Source: Escherichia coli
GTDB lineage: Bacteria; Pseudomonadota; Gammaproteobacteria; Enterobacterales; Enterobacteriaceae
Assembly (NCBI RefSeq): GCF_016903815.1
Contig: NZ_CP069973.1
Length of the DNA stretch: 64,000 bases
Reading direction: 5' to 3' (one strand)
A model generated the notes under the pieces. It saw nothing but the letters and a program-made list of their open reading frames with translations, was not told the DNA's origin and did no database searches. This document shows positions 10,466 through 20,906 of the stretch, one piece after another. Both the position numbers and the translations under genes were made by a program. Each line of letters starts with the position of its first letter. The first letter of the stretch is position 1.

Positions 10466-11656
10466 TTAATTGCTGTTAACCGAGGTGACCAGATTTGCCA
10501 GGTATTTATCGGTAATACGCTGGCGCAGGGTCAGGTTTTCAAGAGGAGGCACCGGTGTATAGTCGTAGTCGATATACAGTTTTCCGGCCTTGAGGGTTTC
10601 CGCATCGTTGGATTCTTCGCTGAACCAGCAGGTCGCATCCACGATATAGCCGTTTGTTTTCAGCTCACGGAATTTGGCATTGATGCCGTCAACGATGTCG
10701 CGAATCAGCGTTGCGGTGATGGGCTTGTCCACCGCCCACATGTGCGCCTCAGCCATCGTGTCGGCCATCACCTGCGCGGTGCGGGTGTAGTTTTCAAAGA
10801 GGAACAGCGGGTCATCAGAGCAGGTACGGTTACCCCAGAATCGGAAACCGTCGCGGCGAATCAGCGTAGTGACGCCTGACTCGTTAAGCAGGTCAGCATC
10901 GGTGCCGGACTCCTGCAAATCCCAGAATACAGATGCGCTGATGCCGGTAACACCGTTTACCCCGACGTTGGACAGCGTTTTATGCCAGCCCTGCTCCTGG
11001 TCGATTTTAGCGCGCAGACCCAGCGCACGGGCGGTGGCATACGCGGTGGCGGTGGTACTGGTGACCGTATCCCATGCGAGGAAATCCGGCCAGATGACCA
11101 TCAGCTCACGCTGGCTGAAATTCTGGCGGTAGGCTTTCACCTCGGAAATGGTCTTACAGCTCCATGCGCTGATATATCCGAAAGCGCGCAGCTTCTGACA
11201 GACGGATGCCAGTGCAACTGCCACCTCTTTGGTATCCAGTCCCGGCACACCGAGAATACGCGGTTTAACACCGGTTACCGACTCCGCCGCCAGCAGGGCT
11301 TTTAGTCCGGTGTACTGACCGTTTTCGTCGGTGGTGCCGATGATATTGGAAACGGTCTGCGCGAGTTTCGTTTCCTCGTCGTCGCCGGTGCCGTCTTCCA
11401 CACGCACGACTACGGTGACCGGTTTTGACTGGTCAGCGATGGCCTGCAACGACGCCGCCAGCGTGCCTTTTTTACCGGCCTTTGCAATTGCGCTCTGCAC
11501 ATTGGTAATCAGCACCGGTTTATTGAGGGGGAAGATTTCCGCATCCGCATCGCTGGCCGTGCAGACCATGCCGACAATGGCGGTGGATACGGTGGAAATG
11601 ACGCGGGTGCCGTCGTTAATCTCCAGCACCTGCACGCCATGATGATAGTCGCTCAT
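10466..11656 (-). CDS. FI: Tail sheath protein gpFI
   Basis: 396 aa; size and position. Confidence 0.9.
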   Translation of the reverse strand: MSDYHHGVQVLEINDGTRVISTVSTAIVGMVCTASDADAEIFPLNKPVLITNVQSAIAKAGKKGTLAASLQAIADQSKPVTVVVRVEDGTGDDEETKLAQTVSNIIGTTDENGQYTGLKALLAAESVTGVKPRILGVPGLDTKEVAVALASVCQKLRAFGYISAWSCKTISEVKAYRQNFSQRELMVIWPDFLAWDTVTSTTATAYATARALGLRAKIDQEQGWHKTLSNVGVNGVTGISASVFWDLQESGTDADLLNESGVTTLIRRDGFRFWGNRTCSDDPLFLFENYTRTAQVMADTMAEAHMWAVDKPITATLIRDIVDGINAKFRELKTNGYIVDATCWFSEESNDAETLKAGKLYIDYDYTPVPPLENLTLRQRITDKYLANLVTSVNSN

Positions 11657-11985
11657 CCGTTTAACTCCGTGGTTAATGGGTGCAACTATTTTCTGTTGGG
11701 CAGTGCATGAGACGCCATTTGACCTGGCTGGTCAGTGGATGAAACAACAGATAAAGAAAATGCGGGCAATTCGCCCGCCTGTCCTGATTTGCACACACTC
11801 ATTTTCCGACTGACAGTTTACATAGCCCAAAAGTTATCAAATCTGACAGTCTGCTTTGAGCAAGAAGCGGACATTTGCCTGTCAGGGTATATGCCGCTCT
11901 GTGGTTATTATCCAGAATCAATAATTCATCTGAGTTGGATGACATATAAAACATAGTTACTCCATGAATAACCATTAGCAGATTA

Positions 11986-12579
11986 TCAATTATGTAAATC
12001 TTTTGTTTTATGTTCTTTAGCGTATTGTGACAACAAATGGCTATAGCGTTTAAGCAAAATATTAGAAAGATTAAGCTCATTCATGAAGTGTTCTTCTAAT
12101 AAGTAACCATCAATATCAACTTTAATATCATTACCACTTTTCATCTTCTGTAACGTAGATTTCACACGCTCCAGCAGGATGCTTTGCTCATGGTAATAGT
12201 CCATAAGAAGAGTAACATCCTCTTTATCAAGCTTACTTAATTCGCTGAAGTAGGATTTAAACACTTTATCAGTCTGGTTTAATGCAATCTGTAAGCGAGG
12301 CCCCCCTAATGATTTGACATTAATGGCAAAAGGCTCGCCAACAAAATGCTCCGAATTTTCGTCAAAGCCAATATATCTCGTTTTATCAAGAAAAGTGAGA
12401 GCGCGATGGTTATTAGCGATTTCATATGCAAACATTGTTCTGATACTGTCCCTCTCAGCCTCCATGCTTATATCATCACGGTGATTTGTATAAAATATAT
12501 TTCCAACAAAGAGAACCATAGCAAGAATCACTGAACTTGCCTCCCAGTTAATATTTTTAAATCGTCGCTTAGTAAACAT
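11986..12579 (-). CDS. AT-rich cargo gene at the Z/fun locus: membrane-anchored protein of unknown function
   Basis: 197 aa; N-terminal TM helix (SSVILAMVLFVGNIFY) then charged soluble domain; lies between G and FI where P2 carries Z/fun; visibly AT-rich. Confidence 0.6.
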   Translation of the reverse strand: MFTKRRFKNINWEASSVILAMVLFVGNIFYTNHRDDISMEAERDSIRTMFAYEIANNHRALTFLDKTRYIGFDENSEHFVGEPFAINVKSLGGPRLQIALNQTDKVFKSYFSELSKLDKEDVTLLMDYYHEQSILLERVKSTLQKMKSGNDIKVDIDGYLLEEHFMNELNLSNILLKRYSHLLSQYAKEHKTKDLHN

Positions 12580-12800
12580 ACCGCACCTTAATTATCAAAA
12601 ATATTCCTTCAGTGTTATCTGGTTAGCCTAAACCAAGTCATTAAAGTCCGCAGGATATCATATACATAAAATGTATTGATTAGAATTTGCACTAATAAAA
12701 TAATGCTTTACTGAAATCTACTCCAGACATAGAGCGGCCTGTCAGATTAGGCTTTACTCTGTGCCATAGATATGTAATCTCACACCAGAGCTTATACAAC

Positions 12801-13328
12801 TTATTGCGGCATTTCCGGCCATTCAGGATTTACAGGATCCACACGGCTGACCAGAACGCTGTAGCGTTCCCATGACTCCAGTCGTGCACGTTCCTCATCC
12901 GTCGCCATATTCAGCCTGACAGCGCGTTCCAGTGGCTGAATAACGCTTTCCGCTTCGGAAAGTAATGCGGCCTTTTGTGATTCTGCCTGTTGTTGCTGTT
13001 CATCTGCCGTATAAATCCGTTTAACCACAGCACCATCCTTAAACATCCATTTACCTGAGTCGTCAGCACGTCGGTTGGAGGTAATATCAGGAACCTCAAC
13101 AACGCTAAAACCTTCAGGGTTAAGCGTTGAAGCATCTCTGGTGATAGCGACAATAATATTATTTTCATCGTAAACAATCTTTATTGTGTCTGGCTGAAAG
13201 TTCTTCACTTCCTCATACCAGTTTTTTCCATCCTCAGAGTAAAGCCAGATAACTCCGTGTTTCTTTGTTAACTCATACTGTTCCAGTGTTTTAGCGTTAC
13301 CCGCTTTTATGTTCTTTAAGTGCATCAT
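12801..13328 (-). CDS. G: Tail fibre assembly protein gpG
   Basis: 175 aa; immediately downstream of H. Confidence 0.85.
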   Translation of the reverse strand: MMHLKNIKAGNAKTLEQYELTKKHGVIWLYSEDGKNWYEEVKNFQPDTIKIVYDENNIIVAITRDASTLNPEGFSVVEVPDITSNRRADDSGKWMFKDGAVVKRIYTADEQQQQAESQKAALLSEAESVIQPLERAVRLNMATDEERARLESWERYSVLVSRVDPVNPEWPEMPQ

Positions 13329-13329
13329 A

Positions 13330-15351
13330 TTAAACGCTCGCTACATTATACCAGGTGCCATTTATATACTTTTGAACGGGTCTGTAATAAACGCCCGCTA
13401 TATTATCGGCAGAGTTGGACCCTGTATCCTGAACATTAATACCAGACAATACATGACCTGACGGGCACTGGAAATTCCATGTTTGCCAGTTGTTCACTCC
13501 ATAATATTGCTGTGAACCAAGTCGAACATCTTTCACATATCTGGAATCAAAATTGCCATAGTTGCCAGGAATAACTTGCGAGCCACAAAGCCAGTTACCG
13601 TTATTATCCATGTACGCCTGACCATCGGTGCCATTGGCTGTCCTTGAGTTATTAATCATGTAGATGCCAAATTGCTTGTTCCCCAGTCCACCTATCATGA
13701 ACTTGCGGTCAGCGTGATTCTGGCGAAGCAACGCCTGAGCGCTATCAGTGTTAACTATATTTTTCCCAAAGATAGCGTTGTTATCGCGCATCTGAATCCA
13801 CATACCATTACTGCTGTTAATAGCAAAACGGTCTGAAAGCGTCTCCCCTGAAACATTAAGGCCACGCCCCATCGAAACAGCGCCAGTAGCGTTATTAATC
13901 CATAATGGCCTTAATCCGTTATAAGTCCCCATGTTGTCACCGGAGTTTGTCAACATGAAGTATGTATTTGAACCATCATTACGAATAAAGAATCCGTAAT
14001 TACCATAAGCAATACGTAGGCCGTTTGCTGATTTTGATATGACTTCGCCATTTACAATGGCATTGACAAGAACATACAAAGCATCCCATTTAAGATTCAT
14101 CAGGTCTTTTGTTGTAGTACTCTGGCGGCTTCTCCATTTGAAATATTCATTGCCGTTATCCCCCGTTTCAAACCACATGAATGAATCAGTGTCACCATCG
14201 GCATCATTTTTAAATCCAATCTTCGCCCAGTCAGTATTTCGAATCCAGGCAAGGATTGAGTCGTTTTCAAAAGTAAGTCCACCGGACAAGGTATCGCCAT
14301 TTTTTTGCACGGCGTTCCCGGCTCGGTTTACCGTTTCCTGTAAACCGAGATATTCGATAACGGCGGCAACGGTCGATTTAGCCAGAATATCCCGCCCGAC
14401 TTTTGTCAGGGTTGCCAGGCTGGCAACATCATTCCCCATAAAATACGGAAACCTGTCTGCCGCAGTAGCAAGCCCCGCCAGTGCCGTCAGGGTGGCATCT
14501 TTCGGTTGCTTCCCCGCAAGCGCATTAGTCATGGTGGTAGCAAAATTCGGGTCATTGCCCAGCGCCGCCGCCAGCTCGTTCAGCGTATTCAGTGCGTCAG
14601 GCGACGAGTCTACAAGGGCGGCAATCGCGGCCATAACGAAAGCCGTGTTTGCGATCTGAGTATTATTCGTTCCCTGTCGCGCAGTTGGCGTCGTTGGCGT
14701 TCCGGTCAGTGCAGGGCTGTTTAATGGCGCTTTCTTGTTCGTTTCATCCATTACCGTCTTAACGGCTTTCGGCGTTGCAGCCAGTGTTTCAGACGTGCTG
14801 TTGGTCGCACTGCTTAACTGAGTAAAACCTTTTGCGGTCAGCGAGGCGTCAGGGTGACGTCGTGACTGTTCATGTTCTGCAATTTTGTCATCAACGTAAT
14901 CCTGCGTCGCCATCACCGTTGTGGTGTCGATGGTCAGATCCACTGAGGCCACACTGCTGACGATAATGACCATGCGGCAGGTCTGCGAACGTCCTGAGCC
15001 TTCGGCAAGGGCTGGCTTATAACTTTCGGCCATGTTCGCCACGGCAATTAACGTTCCTGCATCATCGTACAGGCCAAGCTCACGCATCCAGAAACCGCCC
15101 ACCTCCGGCGGAATAACCAGCTCTGCGATAATATAATTACTGTTTCGTTTGTCCTGGCTGATTTTGTTCAGCGCATGTCGCCAGACTTCGTGGATAAGCC
15201 CGGTCTGTCCGGCATCCGGGACAGGCAATTTACCACCGCCATCCCCGACGGCCATCGTGGTAATGTTGACCTTCCGCCCTCCCGGCGCGGTTGCCGCTGC
15301 CAGCTTTGCTGCACCGGCAGTGGTGATAACGGTTTTGAATTTTGTGCTCAT
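13330..15351 (-). CDS. H: Tail fibre protein gpH
   Basis: 673 aa; conserved N-terminus ([21 protein letters not shown]), Ser/Thr/Asn-rich distal domain. Confidence 0.9.
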   Translation of the reverse strand: MSTKFKTVITTAGAAKLAAATAPGGRKVNITTMAVGDGGGKLPVPDAGQTGLIHEVWRHALNKISQDKRNSNYIIAELVIPPEVGGFWMRELGLYDDAGTLIAVANMAESYKPALAEGSGRSQTCRMVIIVSSVASVDLTIDTTTVMATQDYVDDKIAEHEQSRRHPDASLTAKGFTQLSSATNSTSETLAATPKAVKTVMDETNKKAPLNSPALTGTPTTPTARQGTNNTQIANTAFVMAAIAALVDSSPDALNTLNELAAALGNDPNFATTMTNALAGKQPKDATLTALAGLATAADRFPYFMGNDVASLATLTKVGRDILAKSTVAAVIEYLGLQETVNRAGNAVQKNGDTLSGGLTFENDSILAWIRNTDWAKIGFKNDADGDTDSFMWFETGDNGNEYFKWRSRQSTTTKDLMNLKWDALYVLVNAIVNGEVISKSANGLRIAYGNYGFFIRNDGSNTYFMLTNSGDNMGTYNGLRPLWINNATGAVSMGRGLNVSGETLSDRFAINSSNGMWIQMRDNNAIFGKNIVNTDSAQALLRQNHADRKFMIGGLGNKQFGIYMINNSRTANGTDGQAYMDNNGNWLCGSQVIPGNYGNFDSRYVKDVRLGSQQYYGVNNWQTWNFQCPSGHVLSGINVQDTGSNSADNIAGVYYRPVQKYINGTWYNVASV

Positions 15352-15361
15352 TATTCCTCAC

Positions 15362-15892
15362 TTATCCGGGGTAAACCGTAATTACATCGCCGTCATAAGC
15401 CACACCACCGGCAAACAGGTAGCCGGGAATGTCCCGGGTAATGTTCAGACCAATAAGGTGGCGGCTTGCAGGTTTGGCATCAGCAATCAGCCGTTCCATT
15501 TCCTGATACATTGCCTCTGTGATGCCGCTTTCCAGTACACCAATATCAAGCCGGAAGGTGCCGGGCGGGTCACTGTTTTCCCACCACTCCGTCACGTTGA
15601 TGAGATAGCCGAGCGGCTCCACCACACGCCGGATTGCACCTATTGTGCCTTTATGACAGTGGATGAAATACGCATCGCGGATAACGGCGCGTTTTGTCGC
15701 TTCCGGCCACTTTTCATCCCACCTGTCGACCGAAAACGCCCACGCCAGCCACGGCAGCAGATTTGCCGGACAGGTGTCCGGGTTCCACAGCTCACGAATA
15801 CTGACCGGCGTTTTTTCAATTTCCGCACAGGCTTTTGCGGCGGCGACCTCAAGCGGTGATGAGCCGGTCGGCAGCAGTCGCGAATCACTCAT
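15362..15892 (-). CDS. I: Baseplate protein gpI
   Basis: 176 aa; position. Confidence 0.85.
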   Translation of the reverse strand: MSDSRLLPTGSSPLEVAAAKACAEIEKTPVSIRELWNPDTCPANLLPWLAWAFSVDRWDEKWPEATKRAVIRDAYFIHCHKGTIGAIRRVVEPLGYLINVTEWWENSDPPGTFRLDIGVLESGITEAMYQEMERLIADAKPASRHLIGLNITRDIPGYLFAGGVAYDGDVITVYPG

Positions 15893-16793
15893 CCGAGCCT
15901 CCGGTCACGACGCGGTATTCGGTACAGAAAGACGCCTGCGTACTGTTGAGCACGATGTCGGCCAGTGGTGCAGCCAGTTCGACACGCTGCACACCTTCCA
16001 CATGCAAAGCGGCATAAATGGCAGACAGACGGATGTCGCGCCCCAGCCGGTGCTGTGCCGTGATATACGCTTCCAGCTTTTTCACAGCGGCAGCGCGGAT
16101 GGGTTCGCTTTCGGGACCAGGGTAAAGGTAAAGCGTGGCGTTTATCTGGTATTCAACGATGGCGGCAGACTGCACGGTCACGCGGTCGGCCACCGGCCTG
16201 ACGTCCTCGCCATTAAGGGCGTTACGCACCACAGCCAGCAGGTCTTCGGATGCGACGCCGTTATTTTCACGTGACAGCACAGAGATGGTGACACAGGCAG
16301 GAGACGGACTGGTGACAGAAATATCCGCGACACGCCCGTCAGCACTGCGACCATGATACTGATAGGCTCCCACTGACCCGGCGACGCTTAAGCCCTCAAA
16401 AGCCTGCTGAATACGCAGACGATAATCGGTGTCAGATTCCATCACTGCCGGTGTCGGTGGAATGGTCGAATCATCTGCCGGGGTGATAGTCAGGCGCGTG
16501 GTGTTGTAATTGGCACCAATCACATCAAGGTCATTACCGGCGGCACAGGCCAGCATCACCGCCCGTGCGGCCTCATTCACACGCTGACGCCAGATAAGCT
16601 CACGATAAGCATTTTCTTCCAGCAGTTTGACGAGAGGCTCAGATTCCAGTGTCAGGGTACGGGCGACCGCCTCCTGCTGATCTTCCGGGTAAAGGGAAAT
16701 CAGTGTCGCCTTGCGTTCAGCGAGAATGCTTTCAAAGTCCAGCTCCTCGACCACATCTGGTGCGGGTAGCTGGTTCAGGTCGATAATCGGCAT
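15885..16793 (-). CDS. J: Baseplate protein gpJ
   Basis: 302 aa; position. Confidence 0.85.
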   Translation of the reverse strand: MPIIDLNQLPAPDVVEELDFESILAERKATLISLYPEDQQEAVARTLTLESEPLVKLLEENAYRELIWRQRVNEAARAVMLACAAGNDLDVIGANYNTTRLTITPADDSTIPPTPAVMESDTDYRLRIQQAFEGLSVAGSVGAYQYHGRSADGRVADISVTSPSPACVTISVLSRENNGVASEDLLAVVRNALNGEDVRPVADRVTVQSAAIVEYQINATLYLYPGPESEPIRAAAVKKLEAYITAQHRLGRDIRLSAIYAALHVEGVQRVELAAPLADIVLNSTQASFCTEYRVVTGGSDE

Positions 16794-16797
16794 GGTT

Positions 16798-17145
16798 TCA
16801 ACTCACAGGGATGGTTAATGAAAGTGGCTGGCCGGTGTCGTTGTGCTGGCCGGTTAACGTGACCGTCATTCGCCCGTCAAAACTGCGCTCAGTGGTGACG
16901 GATGACAGGGTGACGCGGGGTTCCCATTTCAGCACCGCCATGTAACAGGCGACCTTAATCTGCAACTCAAGCGCCGGGGTCTGCGGCTGGTCAATCATTG
17001 ATGCCAGCAACGAGCCGTAATCACGACGCATCACCCGTGAGCCGACCGGTGTGCGCAGGATATCGCCGATACTCTGGCTGATATGCTCAAGGTCAGTGAC
17101 AGTCAGGCCATCACTGCGATTCATTCCGAGATAACGCGCTGTCAT
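16798..17145 (-). CDS. W: Baseplate protein gpW
   Basis: 115 aa; position. Confidence 0.85.
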   Translation of the reverse strand: MTARYLGMNRSDGLTVTDLEHISQSIGDILRTPVGSRVMRRDYGSLLASMIDQPQTPALELQIKVACYMAVLKWEPRVTLSSVTTERSFDGRMTVTLTGQHNDTGQPLSLTIPVS

Positions 17146-17771
17146 AAAGGACTCCCGGTTGTGCCGCCGCTGTCGCCGGGGTGTTTGTGGGTATGCAGTA
17201 CCTTACCGTTTGATGAGAGTTCACCGCCGGTGTGTTCAATGTTGCCGCGCATCGTCCCGCCCTTCTGCACTTCCAGCGTGCCGGTAGTCAGTTTGTTAGT
17301 GCAGACCACTTCTGGTGTGTCCAGGGTGACGCGGGTTGATGCTTTCACCGTGACCACTGGTACCGTGGCAGTAACAGAATCAGAAGCCGTCACGCTGGCC
17401 GTTTTAATTCCGCTTACCGTGAGTGCACTGGTTTCAGGTTCATACTCAATCACCGCCCCGTCAGGGAAACGGATATGCAGGGCATCCGCCGACGCAGACG
17501 GCGCAGGGTTATCGCCGGAATAAATCCCCGGCAGAACGAACGCCGTGTCGAGTTCACCGCCCACGGCCAGAATCAGCACCTGTTCCCCCACGGAAGGTGC
17601 CCACCATGTGCGCGAACGCCCAGCGCGATGGGTCAGCCACTGAAGCCAGTCGGTGCACATGCCGCCAGTCTGCACACGGCAGCGACCGGCATTAAGGTCG
17701 GTTTCGACGATAATGCCAGTGCGAATCATATTGCGTATAAAGCGAAGAATTTCATTGTATTGTGCATTCAT
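17142..17771 (-). CDS. V: Baseplate spike/assembly protein gpV
   Basis: Start chosen at MNAQYNEILRF for a P2 V-like length; the upstream ATG at 17849 is an alternative. Confidence 0.8.
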   Translation of the reverse strand: MNAQYNEILRFIRNMIRTGIIVETDLNAGRCRVQTGGMCTDWLQWLTHRAGRSRTWWAPSVGEQVLILAVGGELDTAFVLPGIYSGDNPAPSASADALHIRFPDGAVIEYEPETSALTVSGIKTASVTASDSVTATVPVVTVKASTRVTLDTPEVVCTNKLTTGTLEVQKGGTMRGNIEHTGGELSSNGKVLHTHKHPGDSGGTTGSPL

Positions 17772-17857
17772 TCGATAATAATGATTCTGTACAATCTCGA
17801 AGTAAATCACACCACGATTTCTGGTGCACAGAACAACAAGGGACAACAAAATCCATT

Positions 17858-18931
17858 ATGAGTACTTACTTTTTCTCGTCAGAAACAATGAAAGAATTGT
17901 TCAAAGATTATCTGGTCTTTTTGAACACGCTGACTCCCAGCACAAACTTTGAATCAAACAGAAACAAAATAATTGCTCAAGCAATAAACTTCATTTCCGA
18001 AAACCCTGAAGATTGGGACAAAAAATCCCAGTACAACATTGCTATGATTGGCGACACCTTTAAAAGTTTCTTAAGAGAAAAGGGGGAAGATAACAACAGC
18101 ATCAACCTTATATTCACTTGCTTTTTTAGATTTATCATTGAACCAAGCATTCTCTCTCCGGAAATAGAGTCTCACTTTTCACCACTAAGAACCATCAAGG
18201 ATTTTGCTCTGTATAACTATAATGAATTCGATGAGCGGAGCAGAGCACAGATAGACTTTTCTCTTAGAGAACTGCCATTAGCAATGGTTAAAGAAGTTTT
18301 AAGCTCCAGCAATGTTGACACATATAAAAAATACATTGATAGTTTAAACGAAGGGCGTCAATTTTTCGAAAAGTGCGACTCCTTCTTAAAGGAGCAACAT
18401 GCCAAAATAGAGTCAATTAAAGAGTCATTAAAAGGGTATGAGGTCGCATTTAATTTTGTTGGATTGTTTGATGGCTTTAATTCACTTGGCAAAAAGAAAG
18501 AAAGTGAAATCATGCTATCAAGAATAATTCTTATCATCTTGGCTATAATCATTCCCTCCCCGCTGATATACTATGGAATGCATAAATTACCAACTCTCGA
18601 AACGACAAATGCTGCCACATATTTTATGTCAGCACTACCTTTTGCATCAGTTACATTGATTTTCATGTATTACTTTAGAGTTGTACTGATAAATCATATA
18701 TCGTTACGAACTCAGATTATGCAAATAGAACTCAGAAAGAGCCTTTGTCAGTTCATTCAGAGTTATAGCGACTATTCCTCAGAGATAAGGAAAAACAATC
18801 CGGAAGCGCTTTCAAAATTCGAAGACGTAGTATTTTCAAACATCATGCTATCCGATGATAAGATACCATCTACATTTGATGGCATTGAGCAAATAGCATC
18901 GTTAATCAATTCATTAAAAAATGGAAAGTAA
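17858..18931 (+). CDS. AT-rich cargo gene at the orf30 locus: protein with two C-terminal TM helices, unknown function
   Basis: About 357 aa from MSTYFFSSETMKELF; soluble N-terminal domain, two hydrophobic helices (IMLSRIILIILAIIIPSPLIYYG; AATYFMSALPFASVTLIFMYYF); opposite strand to flanking tail genes; own terminator. Confidence 0.65.
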   Translation: MSTYFFSSETMKELFKDYLVFLNTLTPSTNFESNRNKIIAQAINFISENPEDWDKKSQYNIAMIGDTFKSFLREKGEDNNSINLIFTCFFRFIIEPSILSPEIESHFSPLRTIKDFALYNYNEFDERSRAQIDFSLRELPLAMVKEVLSSSNVDTYKKYIDSLNEGRQFFEKCDSFLKEQHAKIESIKESLKGYEVAFNFVGLFDGFNSLGKKKESEIMLSRIILIILAIIIPSPLIYYGMHKLPTLETTNAATYFMSALPFASVTLIFMYYFRVVLINHISLRTQIMQIELRKSLCQFIQSYSDYSSEIRKNNPEALSKFEDVVFSNIMLSDDKIPSTFDGIEQIASLINSLKNGK

Positions 18932-18936
18932 TGATA

Positions 18937-18959
18937 AAAGGCCAATAACTGGCCTTTTA
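18937..18959 (+). terminator. Rho-independent terminator after the orf30-locus cargo gene
   Basis: Hairpin aaggccaataactggcctt followed by T-rich run. Confidence 0.6.
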
Positions 18960-19033
18960 TTTATTAACATGAAAATTCAAAATAAATTATGCTAATCAAT
19001 TGATTTCTATCTTATATTCTCAGATGATTAAAT

Positions 19034-19486
19034 CTAACGATTCAGGTGAGCCAGGATAATCTCTTCAATCATCTGCACATCCTCACCGGTAAAGCCAAGC
19101 AGAGGACGCGCCGGATAATCAATTTTCTTACCGTCTTTCCGGGTTTCTTCCGACAGACCGAACTGATGCACACTGGCGATTTTCGGTGACTTCCCGCCGT
19201 AAAACTCCATTGATGCCTGTTCAGGGCTGGCGCGGATATGCAAAAAACGACTGGTGATAAGTTTCGCAAACATTTTTCGCTTAACGCGACCGGTCTTTTT
19301 TCTGGCGCTCTGCTGCTGGCGTGGTGCGTAGGGTGTGCCGTCCGGGGCTTTCTGTGCCATCACCCGACGCTGCTGACTCTGCCGCAGACGTTTCGCCAGT
19401 TCTGCACTCAGTCGCCGACGCCCAGACGGTGACAGCGATTCAATCAGTCCGGTCAGCCGGTCTTCAAAACGCTTAAACTCATTCAT
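19034..19486 (-). CDS. S: Tail completion protein gpS
   Basis: 150 aa; position. Confidence 0.85.
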   Translation of the reverse strand: MNEFKRFEDRLTGLIESLSPSGRRRLSAELAKRLRQSQQRRVMAQKAPDGTPYAPRQQQSARKKTGRVKRKMFAKLITSRFLHIRASPEQASMEFYGGKSPKIASVHQFGLSEETRKDGKKIDYPARPLLGFTGEDVQMIEEIILAHLNR

Positions 19487-19946
19487 CCCACTTGCTCACC
19501 AGTTCACCATTGATATAAAGCTCCATCGGGCGATTGACTGGCTCCGGCGGCGGAGGTTCCGGGATATTCTTCACATGCAGCGCACCGTCAACCTCACTGA
19601 CCAGCGTTCGCTCGGTCAGCATCAGGCTGATGCTGATATCAAAGCTGCTGTCATTGTTGATGTCTGCATAAAACGTGAAACCTTTTTTCTGACCTTCGTC
19701 GGTGGTCATGATGTCGGGCTGATTTTCCCGCAGCCACGCCAGCACCGGCACGATGAGCAGGTCAAAATCACCGGTAAAGTCGGTCACAATCACATTGAGC
19801 GTGTAACGCTTTTCGAACGACAGCGACGTCGCCAGCGTGGAGGCAATACTCCCGTTATCCACGAATATCCGCAGCATCTCTGGACTGGTTTTCAGCACCG
19901 TGACGGCATCAGTCAGCGCCCTGCGCAGGCTGTCGGGTTTGAGCAT
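19479..19946 (-). CDS. R: Tail completion protein gpR
   Basis: 155 aa; position. Confidence 0.85.
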   Translation of the reverse strand: MLKPDSLRRALTDAVTVLKTSPEMLRIFVDNGSIASTLATSLSFEKRYTLNVIVTDFTGDFDLLIVPVLAWLRENQPDIMTTDEGQKKGFTFYADINNDSSFDISISLMLTERTLVSEVDGALHVKNIPEPPPPEPVNRPMELYINGELVSKWDE

Positions 19947-20199
19947 CGTTTTCGTCCTGACAGTGTTTAATCATTTTTACCTGGCTGGCACAACGTGCCA
20001 GCGCGTTCTCAAGCTGCCGGATATCGGCACTTAAATCGCCGTTCGTCTCCGGGTCACTGCCCGGCATCGGGCAAAGGCTCACTTTCGGGCAGGCGTTGGC
20101 GACAATCACTGGCGTCGGTGCAGGCGGGGCGCTGGTGCAACCGGCGCACAGCATCAGGCAGGTCAGCACCATACCAGCGGCGAAAATCTTCGTTTTCAT
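19909..20199 (-). CDS. lysC: Lysis lipoprotein LysC (Rz1-like outer-membrane spanin)
   Basis: MKTKIFAAGMVLTCLMLCAGC lipobox signal, Pro-rich; embedded out of frame within lysB. Confidence 0.7.
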   Translation of the reverse strand: MKTKIFAAGMVLTCLMLCAGCTSAPPAPTPVIVANACPKVSLCPMPGSDPETNGDLSADIRQLENALARCASQVKMIKHCQDENDAQTRQPAQGAD

Positions 20200-20479
20200 T
20201 AAGTAACCTCGTGATGGTTTTCTCGCGCTGTGCTTCACGCTTCGCGGCGTTCTCCAGTTCCTGACGCAGTGCCACCTGCGCCAGCTCGTTTTTGTCTGCC
20301 CTGGTGATGGCAACATGAAGCTGATTTTTCAGCATGGTGATGGTCGTCTGCTGTTCACTGGCGACGTTATTCGCCCTGTCCAGCGAGGCGCGCAGGCTGG
20401 CATTTTTGTGTTTCACCAGAAACAGACCGGTCACCGCCAGCGATAACAACACGACCAGCACAATCATCAGCTTTGACAT
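20054..20479 (-). CDS. lysB: Lysis protein LysB (Rz-like inner-membrane spanin)
   Basis: 141 aa; N-terminal TM anchor then coiled-coil. Confidence 0.8.
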   Translation of the reverse strand: MSKLMIVLVVLLSLAVTGLFLVKHKNASLRASLDRANNVASEQQTTITMLKNQLHVAITRADKNELAQVALRQELENAAKREAQREKTITRLLNENEDFRRWYGADLPDAVRRLHQRPACTDASDCRQRLPESEPLPDAGQ

Positions 20480-20892
20480 AGTTCCCGCCCCTCAAAACGC
20501 TGACGGCAGGCCGTACGTATCAGCCGGAAGAACACCGATACCACGAGATAAATCAGCGCGGTAAAAATCCACCCGGCAGCGACCAGCGAGATAAACGTCG
20601 CCACCATCACCACCAGAGCCGCCGCCCGTCTGCGCCACGGCACCGGCTGCAAAAACAGCGACGTGACGATCTTCACGGCCAGCGATTCCGGCGGCAGCTC
20701 CCGCCCGTAGCGTTCCAGCACATACTCCGTGGCATACACGCCGACACCACCGGCAACCACACAGATAACCGTCGCCAGAATCGCCCATGCAGCGACAAAA
20801 CTGACGGCCACGCTCTGCGGGTAAATCAGGGACAGTGCCAGCATCAGCGCCAGCGACACGTTCAGCATCAGTGAAAGGGATAATTTCTTCAT
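20467..20892 (-). CDS. lysA: Lysis-timing membrane protein LysA
   Basis: 141 aa; multiple TM helices; between K and lysB. Confidence 0.75.
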   Translation of the reverse strand: MKKLSLSLMLNVSLALMLALSLIYPQSVAVSFVAAWAILATVICVVAGGVGVYATEYVLERYGRELPPESLAVKIVTSLFLQPVPWRRRAAALVVMVATFISLVAAGWIFTALIYLVVSVFFRLIRTACRQRFEGRELCQS

Positions 20893-20906
20893 GGTGTTTA
20901 CTCCGT

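Noticed and set aside
11735-12080. Small ORFs (73 aa plus strand; 93 aa minus strand) in the AT-rich DNA next to the Z/fun-locus cargo gene
   Set aside because: AT-rich DNA yields long random ORFs; the 93-aa ORF overlaps the 3' end of the 197-aa gene; a genuine small accessory gene cannot be excluded without homology or expression data.
15149-16274. Plus-strand ORFs of 203-236 aa overlapping gpH/gpI/gpJ
   Set aside because: Antisense to conserved baseplate/tail-fibre genes; no RBS context; considered shadow ORFs.
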